DNA of 32,000 nt from Mycobacterium leprae TN (GTDB taxonomy: Bacteria > Actinomycetota > Actinomycetes > Mycobacteriales > Mycobacteriaceae). The stretch covers positions 2,670,001 through 2,702,000 of the forward strand of contig NC_002677.1 of NCBI RefSeq assembly GCF_000195855.1, written 5' to 3'. The position numbers and the translations under genes were made by a program. The stretch's first letter is position 1, and each line of letters opens with the position of its first letter. The notes under the pieces were generated by a model that saw only the letters and a program-made list of their open reading frames with translations, had not been told where the DNA came from and made no database searches. This document shows positions 28,017 to 32,000 of this stretch, piece after piece.

Positions 28017-28355
28017 CTAGCGAGCGCCGGCACGTTGCAGGATGCCTATTTGGTTAGGGCAATAGTGATTGATCGCGGCGCCCAGGAACTGCAATGATTG
28101 CCCCTCCGTGGTGTATAGCGGCAGATTACGCTGGATGAAGGTGGCCGACTTATTGACATCCCCGTCTACGCCCTTAGCCAGTCGCTGGCAGGCGATCTTG
28201 CCCAGCCACGCGTTGTAGTCCTGTGCGCCGTAAATGCCGTAGCTGTGGAGCTGTGCGTTGAACGGGGCGTCGTAGTCGTCGGCCAGGGCCGGTGCAGCCA
28301 GTACGGTAGCGGCGGCCGCCATCGCAACGTTAGCGGCTAGGCCAGTGCCCTTCAT
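28017..28355 (-). CDS. Secreted protein of the DUF732 family (Rv0559c-like)
   Basis: From the ATG at 28355 the protein reads MKGTGLAANVAMAAAATVLAAPALA|DDYDAPFNAQL...CQRL...HYCP. This shows a signal peptide with an AxA site and the two conserved Cys of DUF732, for 112 aa. The ORF is open to a GTG at 28415. Confidence 0.8.
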   Translation of the reverse strand: MKGTGLAANVAMAAAATVLAAPALADDYDAPFNAQLHSYGIYGAQDYNAWLGKIACQRLAKGVDGDVNKSATFIQRNLPLYTTEGQSLQFLGAAINHYCPNQIGILQRAGAR

Positions 28356-28906
28356 AAGCCGGATGATATACTTAGCCGCTTCATCAGCACAGATGCACCG
28401 ATAGCAGCCAACCACCGATCGACACTAGCCGGTTGGGTTCTTCACGCAGCTCAACGCCAGGCATCCCGAAAAAGTCCTTCGGCGCTTTGGCGTACAGGCA
28501 GGCCAACCTGGTCTCGTCGACGACCAGGTACGGACATCACCTAACGCAGCTCGTCTTCGGTTATCGCATTGATCGGGCCTGCCAAGTATCGCCGCCTTGT
28601 CAAAGAACAGCGCAAAGCATTGCAGCACTCGGTGCTGCAATGCGGCGTATCGACTGCTAGTAGCCCTCACAAGCCTCGACCGGGATCGAGTGGATCAAGC
28701 CCTGCTATCCAGGATAGAATATTACCGAACCTGCTGGCTGATCCTAGTCAGTAGCAAGTGAAATCATTGAGGTGAGGTCAGCCACCTCGAAGTTAAATCG
28801 TGGTCAGACCTCGCTACCCGGCCTCCCGTGGTCATGACCCCATGTATATCGACCGCTCTGGCATATGCCAATGCAATTGTTATTGCGAGAGAAGGGCAAA
28901 ATTGGA

Positions 28907-30133
28907 CTAGCTGAACGGTGGTCGGCGATCGACGAGCCATGATGCCCACCCGCCGCTTCGCCACACCCGCGCCACCCAGTCGGCATCGTCGTCGGTGACC
29001 AGATTGGCCATCACCCGCACGGCTATGGTTATCAGTGAAGTAGAGCGCATCGCGCTCGGACCGATCGCGGGCAGACACCGTTTGAAGGTCAGCAACAACG
29101 CCAGCCGGCGTGCGACCGAAAATCCGCGACCATAATGCTGCTGCAGCAGCGAAGGCCACACGTACGACAAATCGCGCAAGTCCAGCAGCTCGGCGGCCAG
29201 CCGGCCTGTTTCTAGACCGTAGTCAATGCCTTCGCCGTTGAGCGGGTTGACGCACGCTGCAGCATCACCGATGAGCATCCAGTTTGGTCCGGCTACTCCG
29301 GAAACAGCGCCCCCCATCGGCAACAACGCCGACGAGACCGCCCGCGGTTGGCCGGAAAAGCCCCACTCGTGACGGCGTAGATCTGTATAGTACGAGATCA
29401 GCGATCGCAACGCCAGGTCGGCTGGCCGCTTTGATGTCGACAACGCTCCAACGCCGATATTCACCTCGCCGTTGCCCAGCGGGAAAATCCAGCCGTATCC
29501 AGGCAGCACGGCTCCGTCGGGGGAACGTAGTTCCAGATGCGATGTCAGCCAGAGGTCGTCGCTGCGCGGAGTGGTCAGGTACCCACGGGCAGCAACGCCG
29601 TACACGGTCTTTTGATGCCAGCTCCGGCCTAGCTTGCGACCCAGCGGAGACCGGGCCCCGTCGGCAATAATTAACTGGCGGCAGCCAACCTCGGTGCCGT
29701 CGGCCAACGTCACTGATGCTGCCCGTCTCGATGAATCATGGTAAACCGAGACAGCTTTAGTCCCGAGCAACATGCGGGCCCCGGAATTCTCGGCGACCTT
29801 ACGTATCCGGTCATCTAATTCTAGTCGTGGCACCGCACTGCTGGTTGACGGGAACGACGGGCCGGGCCAATCCACTTCCACTTCGCCGCCAAAGCCGCTC
29901 ATTCGTAGACCGCGATGTCGGATGCGGGTATTTAGCCAGTCGTCCAGCCCTAGCCGTTTCAGCTCAGCGACCGCGCGCGGAGTCAACCCGTCACCGCAGG
30001 CCTTGTCTCGAGGAAAGCAAACCGAATCGATGACGATTACATCATTACCGGCGCGTGCCGCCCAGGTGGCTGCAGCTGACCCCGCTGGTCCGGCGCCCAC
30101 CACTACCACGTCTGCGCTAGTCTCCACCCTCAC
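28907..30133 (-). CDS. menJ: FAD-dependent geranylgeranyl-reductase-family oxidoreductase; menaquinone isoprenoid reductase MenJ (Rv0561c-like)
   Basis: The ORF contains DVVVVGAGPAGSAAA (a GxGxxG FAD fold), ...CGDGLTPRAV...GYGWIFPLGNGEVNIGVG...LIGDAAACVNPLNGEGIDYG. It is open to 30241, but a GTG at 30133 (VRVETSADVVVVG) gives 408 aa, the length I recall for the M. tuberculosis protein. A GTG at 30127 is an alternative. Confidence 0.9.
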   Translation of the reverse strand: MRVETSADVVVVGAGPAGSAAATWAARAGNDVIVIDSVCFPRDKACGDGLTPRAVAELKRLGLDDWLNTRIRHRGLRMSGFGGEVEVDWPGPSFPSTSSAVPRLELDDRIRKVAENSGARMLLGTKAVSVYHDSSRRAASVTLADGTEVGCRQLIIADGARSPLGRKLGRSWHQKTVYGVAARGYLTTPRSDDLWLTSHLELRSPDGAVLPGYGWIFPLGNGEVNIGVGALSTSKRPADLALRSLISYYTDLRRHEWGFSGQPRAVSSALLPMGGAVSGVAGPNWMLIGDAAACVNPLNGEGIDYGLETGRLAAELLDLRDLSYVWPSLLQQHYGRGFSVARRLALLLTFKRCLPAIGPSAMRSTSLITIAVRVMANLVTDDDADWVARVWRSGGWASWLVDRRPPFS

Positions 30134-30136
30134 TAG

Positions 30137-30142
30137 TATGTT
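30137..30142 (+). promoter_or_regulatory. Candidate -10 hexamer (TANNNT) placed for a leaderless grcC1 transcript
   Basis: tatgtt at 30137-30142 ends 6 nt before the A of the grcC1 ATG (30149). No Shine-Dalgarno sequence fits in the 15-bp gap to the divergent menJ start. This is pattern-based only. Confidence 0.25.
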
Positions 30143-30148
30143 GGTTGG

Positions 30149-31156
30149 ATGACGACTACGCCGATGGTGGTAGCGGGCATTAATTTCGGAGACGCTGCGT
30201 TTGCGGCGACTGTACAAGACAGGGTAGTGAGGATCGAGCAACTCATGGATGCCGAGTTGCGAGACACGGACGAGGTGATGACCGAGTCAGTACTACACTT
30301 GTTCGCAGCCGGTGGTAAGCGGTTCCGACCGCTGTTTACAGTGCTATCCGCCCAGATCGGACCCCGGCCCGACGCTCCAGAAGTTATAATAGCCGGTGCG
30401 GTCATTGAACTGGTCCACCTAGCGTCGCTTTACCACGACGACGTGATGGACGAGGCCGAGGTCCGGCGCGGGGCGCCCAGTGCCAACCTGCGATGGAGTA
30501 ACAGCGTTGCCATTCTTGCCGGCGATTATCTATTTGCTACGGCGTCGCGGTTGGTATCACAGCTTGGACTGGATGCTGTGCGGATTATCGCTGACACGTT
30601 TGCCCAGCTGGTGACCGGGCAGATGCGCGAAACCCGCGGTGTGCCGGAAGGTGCAGATTCGATCGAGCAGTACCTGAAGGTGGTGTATGAAAAAACGGGT
30701 TGTCTGATCGGCTCGGCTGGTCGGCTTGGTGGTTTGTTTGCTGGCGCACACGCCGAGCAGGTCGAGCGGCTGAGCCGACTCGGGAGCATCGTGGGCACCG
30801 CGTTTCAGATTTCCGACGACATCATCGATATCGACAGCGACTACACCAAGTCCGGCAAGCTTCCCGGCACAGATGTGCGTGAAGGCGTGCGCACTTTACC
30901 GATACTCTATGCGCTGCGTGAGACCGGGCCCGATAGCGAGCGGCTACGAGCACTGTTGGCCGGACCCGTCGACAACGACGCAGAGGTAGTCGAAGCACTA
31001 GCGCTGTTGCGGGCGTCGCCCGGGATGGCGAGGGCCAGGCAAGTGTTGGCGCATTACGCGGACCAGGCCAGTGGCGAGCTGGCTCAGTTGCCCGACGGCC
31101 CCAGTCGGGATGCGCTGGCGACTCTGGTCGACTACACAACCAACCGGCACGGTTAG
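30149..31156 (+). CDS. grcC1: Trans-polyprenyl diphosphate synthase (menaquinone side-chain synthase family)
   Basis: The 335-aa ORF carries both aspartate-rich motifs, LYHDDVMDEA and FQISDDIIDI, plus GKRFRP and the GDYL region. It is collinear with M. tuberculosis Rv0562 as I recall it. Confidence 0.93.
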   Translation: MTTTPMVVAGINFGDAAFAATVQDRVVRIEQLMDAELRDTDEVMTESVLHLFAAGGKRFRPLFTVLSAQIGPRPDAPEVIIAGAVIELVHLASLYHDDVMDEAEVRRGAPSANLRWSNSVAILAGDYLFATASRLVSQLGLDAVRIIADTFAQLVTGQMRETRGVPEGADSIEQYLKVVYEKTGCLIGSAGRLGGLFAGAHAEQVERLSRLGSIVGTAFQISDDIIDIDSDYTKSGKLPGTDVREGVRTLPILYALRETGPDSERLRALLAGPVDNDAEVVEALALLRASPGMARARQVLAHYADQASGELAQLPDGPSRDALATLVDYTTNRHG

Positions 31157-31252
31157 AGCGCAGGCAACTCCTGGGTCGCGGAACCCGCAGGGTTGTCCTG
31201 GGCGTTAAATTGTCAGTAGTCCGCAAGAACCGTTGTGTGTCGAAACCTTTGC

Positions 31253-31259
31253 AAGGAGG
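31253..31259 (+). promoter_or_regulatory. Shine-Dalgarno sequence of htpX
   Basis: aaggagg lies 7 nt upstream of the ATG at 31267. Confidence 0.6.
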
Positions 31260-31266
31260 ACACTGA

Positions 31267-32000
31267 ATGACCTGGCATCCCCAAGCAAACAGGTTGAAGA
31301 CCTTCGTCCTGTTGGTCGGTATGTCCACATTGATCGTGGTTGTCGGCGCGATATTTGGCAGGACGGCGCTTTTCTTTGCGACCCTGGTTGCTGTAGGAAT
31401 CAACGTCTACACGTACTACAACAGTGACAAGCTCGCGTTACGGGCGATGCATGCGCAACCGGTTTCGGAGGTGCAAGCACCGGTGATGTACCGGATCGTG
31501 CGCGAGCTGGCTACCGGAGCGCACCAGCCGATGCCGCGGCTCTATATAAGTGATACAAACGCGCCCAACGCTTTCGCCACTGGCCGTAATCCACGCAATG
31601 CCGCGGTGTGTTGCACTACCGGCATATTGGAGATCCTCAACGAGCGCGAGCTGCGTGCCGTGCTGGGGCACGAACTCTCTCACGTGTACAACCGTGACAT
31701 TCTGATCTCCTGTGTGGCCGGTGCGCTGGCAGGCGTGATTACCGCGCTGGCCAACATGGCCATGTGGGCTGGCACGTTTGGCACCACCCGGGACGAAGAG
31801 AATCCTTTTGCACTGCTGCTGGTTTCGTTACTGGGCCCGATCGCCGCGACGGTGGTGCGACTAGCGGTATCGCGATCGCGGGAGTATCAGGCCGACGAAT
31901 CGGGCGCTATGCTCACCGGCGACCCTCTGGCCCTGGCGTCGGCGTTACGCAAGATTTCCAGCGGCGTACAGGCAGCGCCGTTGCCCCCGGAACCGCAGCT
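31267..32000 (+). CDS. htpX: Membrane zinc metalloprotease HtpX (peptidase M48), 5' part; runs off the right edge
   Basis: The frame is open from the ATG at 31267 to the window end. It reads [31 protein letters not shown]...[57 protein letters not shown]..., which contains the HExxH motif (HELSH). It is absent from the ORF track because no stop falls inside the window. Confidence 0.93.
   Translation, partial: MTWHPQANRLKTFVLLVGMSTLIVVVGAIFGRTALFFATLVAVGINVYTYYNSDKLALRAMHAQPVSEVQAPVMYRIVRELATGAHQPMPRLYISDTNAPNAFATGRNPRNAAVCCTTGILEILNERELRAVLGHELSHVYNRDILISCVAGALAGVITALANMAMWAGTFGTTRDEENPFALLLVSLLGPIAATVVRLAVSRSREYQADESGAMLTGDPLALASALRKISSGVQAAPLPPEPQ

Noticed and set aside
30822-31403. 193-aa minus-strand ORF spanning the grcC1 3' end and the htpX 5' end
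   Set aside because: It is antisense to two strongly supported genes and crosses their intergenic region. It is Arg/Pro-rich and has no motifs.
1-32000. Search for CRISPR arrays, tRNA/rRNA genes, integrases, phage or defence-system genes
   Set aside because: There are no arrays of regularly spaced direct repeats; the only tandem repeat is 2 x 19 bp. I noticed no cloverleaf-like or rRNA-like conserved segments. No ORF has nuclease, ATPase, recombinase or methylase signatures outside the annotated metabolic genes.

Overview
This window is reductively evolved mycobacterial DNA, and I assign it to Mycobacterium leprae. Positions 9598-9850 carry, on the reverse strand, the sequences I recall as the standard RLEP diagnostic primer and probe sites, so an RLEP dispersed-repeat copy sits at about 9.5-10.3 kb. 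By my calls about 15.6 kb of 32 kb (roughly 49 percent) is intact coding sequence. The rest is pseudogenes and unassignable decay. Left of RLEP lies the cpsA to otsA neighbourhood: an intact LytR-CpsA-Psr protein, then about 5 kb of dead genes (SDR, beta-hydroxyacid dehydrogenase, esterase, crotonase, a DivIVA-domain gene), a 54-codon ORF abutting otsA, intact otsA, and a decayed secreted-protein gene. Right of RLEP lies the menaquinone region. Intact there are menE, a DUF3349 protein, a small membrane protein, pitA, a VOC/glyoxalase protein, menB, menC, the alpha/beta hydrolase bpoC, menD, a membrane protein, the demethylmenaquinone methyltransferase, a DUF732 secreted protein, menJ, grcC1 and the 5' part of htpX. 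Interleaved with these are dead copies of an SDR, a fadD8-like acyl-CoA ligase, an amidohydrolase and a GT4 glycosyltransferase. I found no tRNA, rRNA, CRISPR array, transposase, phage gene or recognisable defence or toxin-antitoxin module, and no convincing evidence for a novel multi-gene system. The most defensible leads are: (1) RLEP sitting exactly at a synteny breakpoint; (2) genes of unknown role kept intact inside the men cluster while their neighbours decayed, namely bpoC, the DUF3349/membrane/VOC genes around pitA, and the 54-aa ORF before otsA; (3) a few small structural oddities, including a perfect 17-bp hairpin, a 2x19-bp tandem duplication and a G-run motif in the RLEP arm. M. 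tuberculosis Rv numbers, protein lengths and primer sequences are quoted from memory and were not checked against a database.
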